Source: an uncultured Candidatus Saccharibacteria bacterium (GTDB lineage Bacteria > Patescibacteriota > Minisyncoccia > UBA6257 > UBA11618). Taken from it: a stretch of 64,000 nt of DNA. The first letter of the stretch is position 1. Each line of letters begins with the position of its first letter. The notes below the pieces were generated by a model. The model made no database searches, was not told the origin of the DNA, and saw nothing but the letters and a program-made list of their open reading frames with translations. The stretch is from NCBI GenBank assembly GCA_964436175.1, contig CAYTBX010000001.1:24306-88305 (forward strand), in the 5' to 3' direction. Both the position numbers and the translations under genes were made by a program. Positions 27,624 to 36,572 of this stretch are shown in pieces.

Positions 27624-28238
27624 GTGATAACGGTTCTTTTCTTGTTGCTCGTGACCGTCACGAACGCCGTTCTTCCCGCGGCCGCGGCGCTTCAAGTTGC
27701 AGGAGCTGCGGGGCTTGGTGGTCCGTCCGCGGATTCCCCGCTTTCGAGCGCTTTCGTCGGCGCGGATTTTATTCCGTACGATGATGCTCCGCTACGTGCC
27801 GAGTCCGTAATGCATGATGCATTGGCGGAGAGTTCTGGTCAAACGGTGTATGTGGGTAACGGCATGGATATGCAAGATTTCGTGCATAGATTCTCCTTGC
27901 CCGCGCGCGGCATCAACTGGGGTATCCTCCATCAGCATAATGGGGTGGATATCGCGGGCGTCTGCGGGTCTGGCGTATATGCGGCGGCCGCGGGGCAGGT
28001 TATCGAAGTAAAGAACGGCTGGGGTGGTGGCTACGGCAACTACGTCGACATCGACCATGGTAACGGCGTTATAACACGCTATGCCCATGCCGAGTCCGTT
28101 CTCGTAAAGACGGGGCAAATGGTCGCGGGCGGCGACATGGTTGCGCGTATGGGCAATACCGGCAACTCTACCGGATGCCATGTGCATTTCGAGGTGCTTG
28201 GGCAGGCGGCGGTAACGAATCCTTTCGCAGTGAAATGA
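27624..28238 (+). CDS. Secreted M23 (LytM) family peptidoglycan endopeptidase
   Basis: A signal peptide; HNGVDIAG...GYGNYVDIDHGNGVITRYAHAES...GNTGNSTGCHVHFEV. Confidence 0.85.
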   Translation: MITVLFLLLVTVTNAVLPAAAALQVAGAAGLGGPSADSPLSSAFVGADFIPYDDAPLRAESVMHDALAESSGQTVYVGNGMDMQDFVHRFSLPARGINWGILHQHNGVDIAGVCGSGVYAAAAGQVIEVKNGWGGGYGNYVDIDHGNGVITRYAHAESVLVKTGQMVAGGDMVARMGNTGNSTGCHVHFEVLGQAAVTNPFAVK

Positions 28239-28378
28239 TGGAGACGGCTACCGGCGTTTCGCGCGGCGTCGTCTTAACGGTAGTCCTTCTTGCCTCTCTT
28301 TCGTTCGCGCTTGGCTACCTCTGGGGCAAGAGCGGGTCCGTGGTGCCTATCGTGATTGAGAAGTGCTCGGATGCGTGA
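28235..28378 (+). CDS. Possible small (47 aa) single-TM protein translationally coupled to the peptidase (ATGA overlap)
   Basis: MMETATGVSRGVVLTVVLLASLSFALGYLWGKSGSVVPIVIEKCSDA. Confidence 0.3.
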   Translation: MMETATGVSRGVVLTVVLLASLSFALGYLWGKSGSVVPIVIEKCSDA

Positions 28379-28721
28379 TAGGCTTGAATCTATATTTATG
28401 ACACACGACGATTCTAAAAAATACGAAGCTATTTTGCTTGAGTTGCAGGCTACTTTATCGAAAGAGATAAAAGACGTAATACGCGGCGGTAACGATATGG
28501 GTGAGATGGGTAACCGCGACGAGGAGGCAGACGAGACGGAAGAATCGGGAATCGCCCATGCTGAGCAGATTGCGCTGAAGGGGCGGCTGCATGCAGTGCT
28601 CGACGCCTTAGAGCGAATAAAGGTGGGAACGTATGGTACATGTCTTAAGTGTCATGCGGTAATCGGCCACGATGTGCTCGACGCCGCGCCAGAGTCCTTA
28701 TATTGTGCGGAGTGTAAATAA
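28356..28721 (+). CDS. DksA/TraR-family C4 zinc-finger protein
   Basis: C-terminal GTYGTCLKCHAVIGHDVLDAAPESLYCAECK (a CxxC-x17-CxxC arrangement) preceded by a coiled-coil region. Confidence 0.6.
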   Translation: MRSARMRDRLESIFMTHDDSKKYEAILLELQATLSKEIKDVIRGGNDMGEMGNRDEEADETEESGIAHAEQIALKGRLHAVLDALERIKVGTYGTCLKCHAVIGHDVLDAAPESLYCAECK

Positions 28722-30259
28722 TGAACGCGCGCTTTTCCCGTGTGTATTCGGGAGAACTTGCAGGTATTGATGCGCGGTGCGTGGAGGTGGAGGTCGACTT
28801 ACATGTCGGCCTCCATTCTTTTTCCATAGTCGGTTTGGCGGATAAGGCCTTGAGTGAGGCGCGTGAGCGCGTGGGTGCGGCTATTAAGAATAGCGGTGCG
28901 AAGCCCCCGTCGCAGGAGAACCGGAAGATCGTCGTAAATTTGGCGCCGGCGGATGTTAAGAAAACCGGATCCCAATACGACCTCGCAATCGCCATAGGCT
29001 ATTTAGTGGCAACGGAACAGGTGGGGAAATTTGAAACTAAAGATAAGGTTTTTTTGGGCGAGCTTGCGCTCGACGGTGGGGTGCGTGCTGTTACGGGTGT
29101 TTTGAACGTTGCATGCATGGCACGCGATAAGGGGTTTAAGGAACTTTACGTGCCGGCCGCGAATGCAGAGGAGGCGGCGCTTGCGCATGGTATCGCAGTA
29201 TTTCCCGTACGCACTCTTACGGAACTTATGGCGCACCTCGAGGGCCGCGCGCGTATATCCCCCGCAACCCACTCCGTAGATTTTTCTGCACCTGTTGTAA
29301 GCGTGGATATTGCGGACGTGCGCGGGCAGGCTTCTGCAAAACGCGCTTTGCTTATCGCCGCGTGCGGCGGCCACCATATTTTAATGAGCGGCTCCCCGGG
29401 TAGTGGGAAGACCATGCTCGCGCAAGCGTTTGCCGGGCTCTTGCCCGCGCTCACGCACGCGGAGGCGGTGGAGGTGACGCGTATTTATTCTGCCTCCGGC
29501 GCATTAGCCGGTAGGCATGCCGTAACCGAACGGCCGTTCCGTGCCCCGCACCATACGGCGTCCGCCGCTGCGGTGGTTGGTGGTGGCTCCCATCCCCGCC
29601 CTGGCGAGATTAGCTTGGCCCATAAGGGCGTGCTTTTTCTCGACGAGTTGCCGGAGTTCCGGCGCGATGTTTTGGAATCCCTACGCGAGCCGCTCGAAGG
29701 CGGGCGGGTGACTATCGCGCGCTCGACAGGTTCCTTAACGCTCCCCGCCCGCTTTATCCTCGTTGCCGCTATGAACCCGTGCCCGTGCGGTTATTACGGC
29801 GATACGCGTAAGGACTGCGCGTGCGGCGCGCATGAGATAGCGCGATACAAAAAGAAAGTTTCAGGGCCGATACTCGACCGTATCGACCTGCAAGTGCAGG
29901 TGCCGCATATAGAGCTTGCGGACTTGTCCCGCGCGCCTGTCTCACAAAGCCCAAGGGCTAGCGTGGGAGGAGATACGAAGAGTATGCGCGAAACCGTCAC
30001 GCGCGTACGTGCCGCGCAAACGGCGCGGCAGGGTGTATTGAATGGCGCACTTTCCTCTAAAAACGTTTCTGAGGGCGTCACGCTCGATGCGCTTGCGCAG
30101 GCGTTTTTCGCGAAGGTGTGGAAAAGCGCCACGCTCTCCGCGCGCGGGTATTACCGCCTGCTCAAAGTCGCGCGCACGATAGCGGATATAGAAAGCGCCC
30201 CGTCCGTTTCCGAAGCCCACGTCGCCGAAGCCTTTGCTTACCGTCTTCGTGAAAAGTAG
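28721..30259 (+). CDS. comM: ComM/YifB Mg-chelatase-like AAA+ protein
   Basis: Lon-like N-terminus IVVNLAPADVKKTGSQYDLAIAIGYL, Walker A ILMSGSPGSGKTMLA, Walker B VLFLDELPEF. Confidence 0.9.
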   Translation: MNARFSRVYSGELAGIDARCVEVEVDLHVGLHSFSIVGLADKALSEARERVGAAIKNSGAKPPSQENRKIVVNLAPADVKKTGSQYDLAIAIGYLVATEQVGKFETKDKVFLGELALDGGVRAVTGVLNVACMARDKGFKELYVPAANAEEAALAHGIAVFPVRTLTELMAHLEGRARISPATHSVDFSAPVVSVDIADVRGQASAKRALLIAACGGHHILMSGSPGSGKTMLAQAFAGLLPALTHAEAVEVTRIYSASGALAGRHAVTERPFRAPHHTASAAAVVGGGSHPRPGEISLAHKGVLFLDELPEFRRDVLESLREPLEGGRVTIARSTGSLTLPARFILVAAMNPCPCGYYGDTRKDCACGAHEIARYKKKVSGPILDRIDLQVQVPHIELADLSRAPVSQSPRASVGGDTKSMRETVTRVRAAQTARQGVLNGALSSKNVSEGVTLDALAQAFFAKVWKSATLSARGYYRLLKVARTIADIESAPSVSEAHVAEAFAYRLREK

Positions 30260-30260
30260 C

Positions 30261-30357
30261 GTGAGTGGGTAGTGAGTAGTGGGTAGTTTAAAAAACCGGC
30301 AAAAGCCGGTTTTTTAACGTCGTCGTTTCTACTCACTAACCACTACCCACTACTCAC
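30261..30357. repeat. Compound inverted repeat (about 97 nt) built from short GTGAGT/GGGTAGT-type units, enclosing a terminator core
   Basis: gtgagtagtgggtag (30272-30286) is the exact reverse complement of ctacccactactcac (30343-30357); the outer arms extend imperfectly. Confidence 0.6.
30291..30315. terminator. Perfect bidirectional terminator core
   Basis: aaaaaa-ccggc-aaaa-gccgg-tttttt. Confidence 0.7.
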
Positions 30358-30361
30358 TCGA

Positions 30362-31510
30362 TTACAATTTCAGTAGATCGAGAGCCTTCACTAATCCGTT
30401 ATTGGAAGTATTAATGATGACGTAGTCGCCGAAGATGCCGTAGCTGAAGAGCGCTCCGTCGGTTGCAAGCGAAACGAAGCGGTCGATGTATTTGTCGCGC
30501 GCTTGGCCGGTGCGGAACGTTGCGGGGGCACCAGGGTCAGCGAGAAAGAGGTTTTTGTAGGAGCTCGTCTCGACGGCTTGCAAACGGCTGGCGAGAGTCG
30601 CTGCGTCTATTTGTGAGGCAGGGTTAATTTTGGCTATATAGCCGGGCCATGCGCCGCGGTCGTCGTAAAAGAGATACGCGGAAAAGACGGGGTCGAATGC
30701 GGCGGTGAGTATTCCGTCTAAGCCGTTCGTCTTCGCTTCCGGCATAAGGGCTTCCATTACGGTAGCGAAGCTCATTGGCGCACCAGCGTTAAGTATCGAG
30801 ACTTCCGTAAGTGTGCCGCTTGCGGATTTCGTTTTTGCCGCCTCAGCTGCAAGCGCTGCAGTGATGGAGGTTGCAGTGCCATCGGTTTCAATCTTTAGTA
30901 AGCTCGCTTGCGCTCCCCCGAGCGGGGTTATCGCGGGCGCTACGGGTGTGGGTGGTGTTACTGGCGCGACGAGGCCTGCGGAGCTTGGCTCAGGTGTTAC
31001 AGCTTCTGCCGCTGCTTCTTGTACGGGCTCACTCGGCATCATGGCGCGGTATGCGGGTAGGCCGTATTTGTACGTTACCCAGCCAATGCCGACCACGAGG
31101 ATAAGCATAAAGAGCCAGAGTAAAAGCCTGCCGGATTTCATTTCGCGCACGTCGGGCATGGGCGCAGGGGCCGGCGCTGTTTGCACGGGGAACTGTACGG
31201 GTGCGGCTATGGGTGCGGATTGCACTGGTTGCGGTGGCGTTGCCATCGGCGGCGGTGGCGTAATCGGTTGCGCTACGGCTTCGCCCGTGGCTTGCATGGA
31301 GCGTATATCGCTTTCCATGGTGCGCACCATAACTTCCGGCGTAGTCGGCGGCGGCGGTACGGTGTTCGACTGGGGCGCTGCCTGCGCCTGCCCCTCGAAG
31401 CCCGAAGGGCGAAGTGGGGGCATTGGCACGCTCGGCGGTACGCTATTGTTCTGCGGCAATGTTGCGGGGTTTAATTCATCCATAGTTTTTAAAAGTATAG
31501 CATTATGCAT
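30362..31510 (-). CDS. Bitopic membrane protein with a Pro-rich cytoplasmic N-terminal region
   Basis: 382 aa with a P/Q/A-rich first ~130 aa, a single TM segment (LLLWLFMLILVVGIGWV), then an extracytoplasmic domain. It is transcribed divergently from repeat copy B. Confidence 0.55.
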   Translation of the reverse strand: MHNAILLKTMDELNPATLPQNNSVPPSVPMPPLRPSGFEGQAQAAPQSNTVPPPPTTPEVMVRTMESDIRSMQATGEAVAQPITPPPPMATPPQPVQSAPIAAPVQFPVQTAPAPAPMPDVREMKSGRLLLWLFMLILVVGIGWVTYKYGLPAYRAMMPSEPVQEAAAEAVTPEPSSAGLVAPVTPPTPVAPAITPLGGAQASLLKIETDGTATSITAALAAEAAKTKSASGTLTEVSILNAGAPMSFATVMEALMPEAKTNGLDGILTAAFDPVFSAYLFYDDRGAWPGYIAKINPASQIDAATLASRLQAVETSSYKNLFLADPGAPATFRTGQARDKYIDRFVSLATDGALFSYGIFGDYVIINTSNNGLVKALDLLKL

Positions 31511-31514
31511 GGCT

Positions 31515-31919
31515 GTGGATAACTAAATTGCTCGCAAACCCTTCGTGCCGCGGCAACCCGTTGCGGCGTATGCAAATCCGGCCTCTCTCGTCGTAAAAGC
31601 CGACAGAAAAAATAGAACTCGCCCTTGTCCGCCTGCGGGCGGACTGCGGAACTCAAACAACAATTTTTTCTCGGCTTTTATCTCCTCCTTCGGGGATTTG
31701 CTATCCGCCTCCACTCAGGTTGCCTTAGCACGAAGGGCTTGCTTCACCCCATCCAAAACTTTCAAAAAAAGCTTTATTTAAAGGCATTTCAGTGCATTTA
31801 CTTGACAAAGTAGTACTTAGGGTGGTATTATAATAACGTGCAGTTGAGACAGTTCTTCACATGGTTTTCGGCTTTTGCCGACCCGCTCCCACGGGCTACT
31901 CTGGAAAAAGGAATGTAAG
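31515..31919 (+). repeat. Copy B of the ~400-bp diverged direct repeat, a bidirectional regulatory module
   Basis: Block 1 at 31515-31745 and block 2 at 31800-31919 match copy A; see the main finding. Confidence 0.7.
31802..31834 (+). promoter_or_regulatory. Promoter TTGACA-N18-TATTAT(aat) inside repeat copy B
   Basis: ttgaca at 31802-31807 and tattat at 31826-31831. Confidence 0.5.
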
Positions 31920-32183
31920 ATGAATCTCCAAGAAGTGCTTGCGTTTCTCGTTCAGTGCGTTGCCTCCAAAACGAACATTGATGTTACTCTCAGTAATGAC
32001 AAGGTGTTCTCGGGTCTGTATTTAGGACGAGATGAGATTGGACTTGTCATAATTCACCGCAATGACAACCTGTCGAAGCTCTTATTTGCGGACATTAGAG
32101 CTTTGACCATTTCACGTCCGCTGCCGCGAGTCGAAAAGCGCGTCCGAAGTTTTTGTATCTTACCTTTTTCGAATAGTTTCTGA
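31920..32183 (+). CDS. Small protein (87 aa) with a possible Sm-like/Hfq-like fold; a tentative call
   Basis: N-terminal helix LQEVLAFLVQCVASK followed by a beta-rich segment NIDVTLSNDKVFSGLYLGRDEIGLVIIHRNDNLSKLLFADIRALTIS (compare Hfq [25 protein letters not shown]). A conserved leader and SD lie upstream. Confidence 0.35.
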   Translation: MNLQEVLAFLVQCVASKTNIDVTLSNDKVFSGLYLGRDEIGLVIIHRNDNLSKLLFADIRALTISRPLPRVEKRVRSFCILPFSNSF

Positions 32184-32238
32184 GAAAAAGAAAAAGAACG
32201 CACGATAACTCGCCGTGCAACAAGAGCGAGATTATATA

Positions 32239-32275
32239 TATGGCCATCCCTAGCGGAAGGCCATATTTTTTTAGA
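32239..32275 (+). terminator. Terminator hairpin
   Basis: tatggcc-atccctagcggaa-ggccata-ttttttt. Confidence 0.5.
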
Positions 32276-32481
32276 AAAATTATGACACGCAAAAAAAGCC
32301 GGCGTGGATATGCTTATCGGGAACATCTCGGAGGCGGCGTAGCTCTGGGCACCGCCTTTTTAGGCGGTTGCGCCGCTGAGAGCGAGGGAAGTTTTTTCGC
32401 AGGAAAAAAACTATCCCGTTTCCCGAGAAGTATATGCGCGCCGGCTTTTAAATATCCCCTACGGATAATCCGTAACGCTTT

Positions 32482-34536
32482 TTATAATCCCTTTAAACTC
32501 AACCCCACTTTGCCGTCTTCGAGGCGGATTATCTTCGCCTGTACCACGTCGCCTAAGTGGACGACTTCTTCCACGCTCTTTACGTAGCCGTTCTTGAGCT
32601 CTGAGACATGGATCATGCCGCTCCTGCCGTTGCCCCATTCGACGATCGCGCCGAATTCCAAAATGCGTTCAACCGTACCTTCGATGATATCCCCTACCTT
32701 ATACTCGTGGGCAATGTCGTCTACGCAGTTCTTGGCCGCGAGCGCGGAATCTTTATCGTGCGCGTAGATGAAGACGTCGCCCGTCTGGCGGATATCCATA
32801 TTGATAATACCCGTGGCCTCGATAATGCCTTTGATGATTTTACCGCCGGGGCCGATAATGTCGCCAATCTGCTCGGGGTTAATCATGACCTTCATTACGA
32901 CCGGTGCGTATTTCGAAATGTCCGTGCGTGGAGCGGTGATCGCCTTTTCCATCGCCGTCATTATGTGGAGTCGTGCGCGCTTTGCTTGCTCGAGCGTGCG
33001 GCCAATAATTTCGGGCGTTACGCCGTCTACCTTTACGTCCATCTGCACGGCGTTTACGCCGTCTTTAGTACCCGCTACTTTAAAGTCCATGTCGCCGTAG
33101 TGATCTTCCGGCCCTTGGATGTCGGTCAAGATTTTATAAATGCCGTTCTTTTCGTCGCTCATCATGCCCATGGCGATGCCGGCCGCCATTTTCTTAATAG
33201 GTACGCCCGCGTCCATGAGCGCTAAGCAGCCGCCGCAGACGGATGCCATGGAAGACGATCCGTTAGACGACAAAATTTCAGAAACGATACGCACAGTGTA
33301 CGGGAATTCGTCTTGTGTGGGGATTAGCCGCCACAGTGCTTTTTCCGCCAAGTTGCCGTGGCCTATTTCGCGGCGTCCCGGCCCGCGGAAACTCCCCGTC
33401 TCCCCCGTGCAGTACGGCGGGAAGTTGTAGTGGAGCATAAAATTCTTCTCACCTGTAAAGAAGATGTTTTCTACGAGTTGGTTCGTGTCCGGCGGGGCGA
33501 GTGTCACGGTTGCGAGTGCTTGCGTGTTGCCGCGGATGAATAGTGCCGAACCGTGGATGCGCTCCAAGACGCCCACTTCGGCGTGCAAGTCGCGCACTTC
33601 GTCGAGCTTGCGGTGGTCGGGGCGTTTTTCTTCGCCGTCTTTTGCGCCGCAGATATTTTTGTGCACGAGCTCGTCCACGTAGTCTTCGAATACGCGACCG
33701 GCGTCGTTCAAGTCATCCGAAGACGCTTCGGATTCCTTTAAGAAAGTCATCAAGTCTTTTTGGATATGCGACACATTCGCCACGCGGTCTATTTTAGAGA
33801 CGACGTACATTGCAGGCTCCAGCTTATCCGCGAGAAAACCGCGTACTTTTGCCACGAGTTCCGGTGCGGGGGTTTTAAGCAGTACCTCCGCCTTCGGCTT
33901 ACCGATTTGCGCTACGATCGTTTTTTGGAATTCTACGAGCTTCTTGATCTCCGCCATCGCGGCAGTGAAATCGCCGACGATTTCCGCTTCGGGTACGTCG
34001 AGCCCTTCGAGCTCGATCATGTTTATCTTATCTGCCGTGCCTGCGACGAATGCCGTCCAGTTATCTTTTTTAATTTGCACGCCTGCTACCGGCCCGTTCC
34101 ACGGAATGTCAGACATGGCGAGCGCCGCGGAGGCGGCTACGAGTCCCAGCGTTACGGGGCTGGAATCCTCTTCGTACGAAAGTACGGTGATGACTACCTG
34201 TATGTCGCGGCGTACGCGCTGGTCGAAAAGCGGGCGTATCGTGCGGTCGATAATGCGGGCGGAAAGAATCGCGTTTTCGCTCGCTCTCCCCTCGCGGCGC
34301 ATGTAGCGGCCACCGAGTATTTTACCCGCAGCGTAAAAACGCTCCTCGAATTCTACGGAGAGCGGCAAGTAGTCGCGCGGCGAATCTTCACCCGTCATGA
34401 CGGCCGTTGCAAGTACTGTGGTGCCGCCCCATGTGCCGATCACCGCCGCGTTCGCCTGCTCGGCAAGACGCGAGGTTTCGATGACGAGCTTCTTTCCGTC
34501 TATTTCTGTTTCGAATTTCTTCCGGTTCAGATCCAT
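32482..34536 (-). CDS. pnp: Polyribonucleotide nucleotidyltransferase (PNPase)
   Basis: 684 aa with two RNase PH-like domains plus C-terminal KH and S1 domains (IIGPGGKIIKGI; GDIIEGTVERILEFGAIVEW). Confidence 0.95.
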   Translation of the reverse strand: MDLNRKKFETEIDGKKLVIETSRLAEQANAAVIGTWGGTTVLATAVMTGEDSPRDYLPLSVEFEERFYAAGKILGGRYMRREGRASENAILSARIIDRTIRPLFDQRVRRDIQVVITVLSYEEDSSPVTLGLVAASAALAMSDIPWNGPVAGVQIKKDNWTAFVAGTADKINMIELEGLDVPEAEIVGDFTAAMAEIKKLVEFQKTIVAQIGKPKAEVLLKTPAPELVAKVRGFLADKLEPAMYVVSKIDRVANVSHIQKDLMTFLKESEASSDDLNDAGRVFEDYVDELVHKNICGAKDGEEKRPDHRKLDEVRDLHAEVGVLERIHGSALFIRGNTQALATVTLAPPDTNQLVENIFFTGEKNFMLHYNFPPYCTGETGSFRGPGRREIGHGNLAEKALWRLIPTQDEFPYTVRIVSEILSSNGSSSMASVCGGCLALMDAGVPIKKMAAGIAMGMMSDEKNGIYKILTDIQGPEDHYGDMDFKVAGTKDGVNAVQMDVKVDGVTPEIIGRTLEQAKRARLHIMTAMEKAITAPRTDISKYAPVVMKVMINPEQIGDIIGPGGKIIKGIIEATGIINMDIRQTGDVFIYAHDKDSALAAKNCVDDIAHEYKVGDIIEGTVERILEFGAIVEWGNGRSGMIHVSELKNGYVKSVEEVVHLGDVVQAKIIRLEDGKVGLSLKGL

Positions 34537-34554
34537 GTAGTTTTTATTTAAAAA

Positions 34555-35175
34555 TTATTCTCCGTAGGTTTCGCGGTCTTCGGGCGAGGTGGGCGTAGTA
34601 GGCGCTTCCCCTGCGGGCATCGGCATACCCGCGCGCTTCGCGGATGTACGCGCTGTAGTGCGTCGTACGCGGCCGGCTCCTAGTATTACGCCGGGGAATT
34701 CGTCGAGCGTGACGAACGTATCAGCGACTTCCTTTAGCTTGCTTGAGGTGCTGCGCGAGAACGCCGCTACTTCTACTGTCTTTCCTAGCCCCCACTTCAA
34801 GTACTCCACGAGCGGACAGAAGTCTCCATCGCCTGTCACAAGTACAATAGCGTCGAACGAATCCGCCATGCGGATAGCGTCTACCGCCATGCCTACGTCC
34901 CAATCCGCTTTCTTCGCGCCACCGGCGAATATCTGAATGTCTTTTACGCGAAGTTCTACACCCGCCTTTATAAGTGCATCGAAAAATGCTGCCTCCCCTT
35001 CGGTGGTTTCCGTTTTAACAACGTAGCCAATAACGCGGATAAGCTTGCGGCCTGCCGTTACTTCTTTTACGAGTTCCTTGTAGTTAACGCGGGACTGGAA
35101 GAGGTTCTTAGCGGAGTGGTACAGGTTCTGTACGTCTATAAAAATACCGACGCGGTGTTCTTTATTGCGCGTCAT
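34555..35175 (-). CDS. NYN-domain (LabA-like) protein
   Basis: [18 protein letters not shown] ... [31 protein letters not shown]. Confidence 0.7.
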   Translation of the reverse strand: MTRNKEHRVGIFIDVQNLYHSAKNLFQSRVNYKELVKEVTAGRKLIRVIGYVVKTETTEGEAAFFDALIKAGVELRVKDIQIFAGGAKKADWDVGMAVDAIRMADSFDAIVLVTGDGDFCPLVEYLKWGLGKTVEVAAFSRSTSSKLKEVADTFVTLDEFPGVILGAGRVRRTTARTSAKRAGMPMPAGEAPTTPTSPEDRETYGE

Positions 35176-35389
35176 GGCGTGCTGCGTACTTTATGAGACG
35201 GCGGCGCTTGCCGACCATCTGTAGGAGGCCGCGGCGCGAGTGGTGATCCTTTGCGTGCTTCTTCAAGTGCGCGGTAAGTTCTTCGATCTGCTTCGTAAGG
35301 AGCGCGATCTGTACTTTAGTCGAGCCGGTGTCCGTTTCGTGCTTCTTCGTTGCGTTGACTACGGTTTTTTTCTGTCTGACTGTGAGCAT
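35162..35389 (-). CDS. rpsO: 30S ribosomal protein S15
   Basis: ...[19 protein letters not shown]. The pnp-rpsO adjacency is canonical. Confidence 0.85.
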   Translation of the reverse strand: MLTVRQKKTVVNATKKHETDTGSTKVQIALLTKQIEELTAHLKKHAKDHHSRRGLLQMVGKRRRLIKYAARHDAQ

Positions 35390-35394
35390 ATGTT

Positions 35395-36489
35395 TTATTT
35401 TTTTAATTCCGCCATTTTAAGCATAATCCGCTTTTCCGCGGGCTTGATCGCTTCGATAATGAACGTGCCTGCTTGACCTACGGTCACTGCCTTTTCCATT
35501 TCGTCCGTTCCCCCGAAGTCGGCGGCGCGGATCAACCCTTGGAAGTCGGCATCGATCTTAACGACGGCGCCGAGCTGGTTGAAGCGGTGTACCGTCCCCT
35601 GCACTTCTTGCCCTTCTTTGTACTTCGCTTCAACGCTGTCCCATGGGTTGGCTTTGAGCGCCTTCAGCGAAAGGGACACGCGCCCGTCTTTTATTTCGAC
35701 GATCTGCGCTTTGAGCACGTCGCCTACCGCGACCGCTTCGCGCGGGTCTTCGATGAGGCGGTGGTCGAGCTCCGAGATGTGGATTAAGCCCTCGACGTTC
35801 ATATTATCCTCGAACTTAACGAATACGCCGAAGTCCGCGACGCCCGAGACGACAACCTGTACAGTCTGCCCTGGTGTGTACTTAGCGAGCTGCTCCTTCA
35901 TGTTTTCGTCGAGTACGCCGCGTTCGGAGACGATGAGCTTGCTGGTGCGGGCGTTGAAGTCGATAACCTTAACGGTAATTTCCTGCCCGACGAATTTCTT
36001 AAGTTCGTCTAAGATCTTCAAGCGGTCGCCGTCCGTCACGCGCGGGTAGTGGTCCGGCGTAAGCTGGGAGACGGGCAAGAAGGCCTTGATGTCGTTTAAC
36101 ATGCCAACAAGGCCGCCGGTGTTCGCGCTCACGATCATGAGCTTGATAGGCAACCCTTGATCCTGCATGTCTTGGATCTCCTGCCATGCCTTGTGCTTGC
36201 TCGTTTCGTTGATAGAAAGCTCGGCATACCCCTCTTCGTTTTCGGCGTCCACGATCTTCGCGAGGATGGTGTCGCCGGGCTTAATGACCTTGATTACGTC
36301 GTACGCGTTCATCAATTCTAGGCCGTACACGATACCCGTGCCCGCGCGGCCGAGGTCGAAGAAGTGCGCGTGCTGGGTTTTGCCGATGTAAGCGGCGTTG
36401 ATAAGCTCCCCGTTTTTTAAGGGTGCGAATGCTCCTGGCTCCTTAAAAAGGGCCGTGAGCGGCGAATTTGCTTTTACGATATGCGGCAT
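35395..36489 (-). CDS. rpsA: 30S ribosomal protein S1 (short four-S1-domain form)
   Basis: 364 aa with repeated S1 domains ([21 protein letters not shown]; [20 protein letters not shown]; [21 protein letters not shown]). Confidence 0.9.
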   Translation of the reverse strand: MPHIVKANSPLTALFKEPGAFAPLKNGELINAAYIGKTQHAHFFDLGRAGTGIVYGLELMNAYDVIKVIKPGDTILAKIVDAENEEGYAELSINETSKHKAWQEIQDMQDQGLPIKLMIVSANTGGLVGMLNDIKAFLPVSQLTPDHYPRVTDGDRLKILDELKKFVGQEITVKVIDFNARTSKLIVSERGVLDENMKEQLAKYTPGQTVQVVVSGVADFGVFVKFEDNMNVEGLIHISELDHRLIEDPREAVAVGDVLKAQIVEIKDGRVSLSLKALKANPWDSVEAKYKEGQEVQGTVHRFNQLGAVVKIDADFQGLIRAADFGGTDEMEKAVTVGQAGTFIIEAIKPAEKRIMLKMAELKK

Positions 36490-36572
36490 AAGTGTTGGTT
36501 AATTATATGTGCCTCGTATGATTAAGACCCCTTTATAATAGCAGGGTTTCCCTAAAATGGCAAGATTTTGGC

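Noticed and set aside
31523-31781. Small ORFs inside repeat block 1 on both strands (31523..31714 minus, 31545..31781 plus, 23836..24069 plus).
   Set aside because: The equivalent frames in the other copy contain stop codons or indels. The conservation is at the nucleotide level, not the protein level.
32240-32587. Plus-strand 115-aa ORF.
   Set aside because: Its 3' third overlaps the well-supported pnp gene on the opposite strand. At most the first ~35 codons (a lipoprotein-like peptide) could be real.
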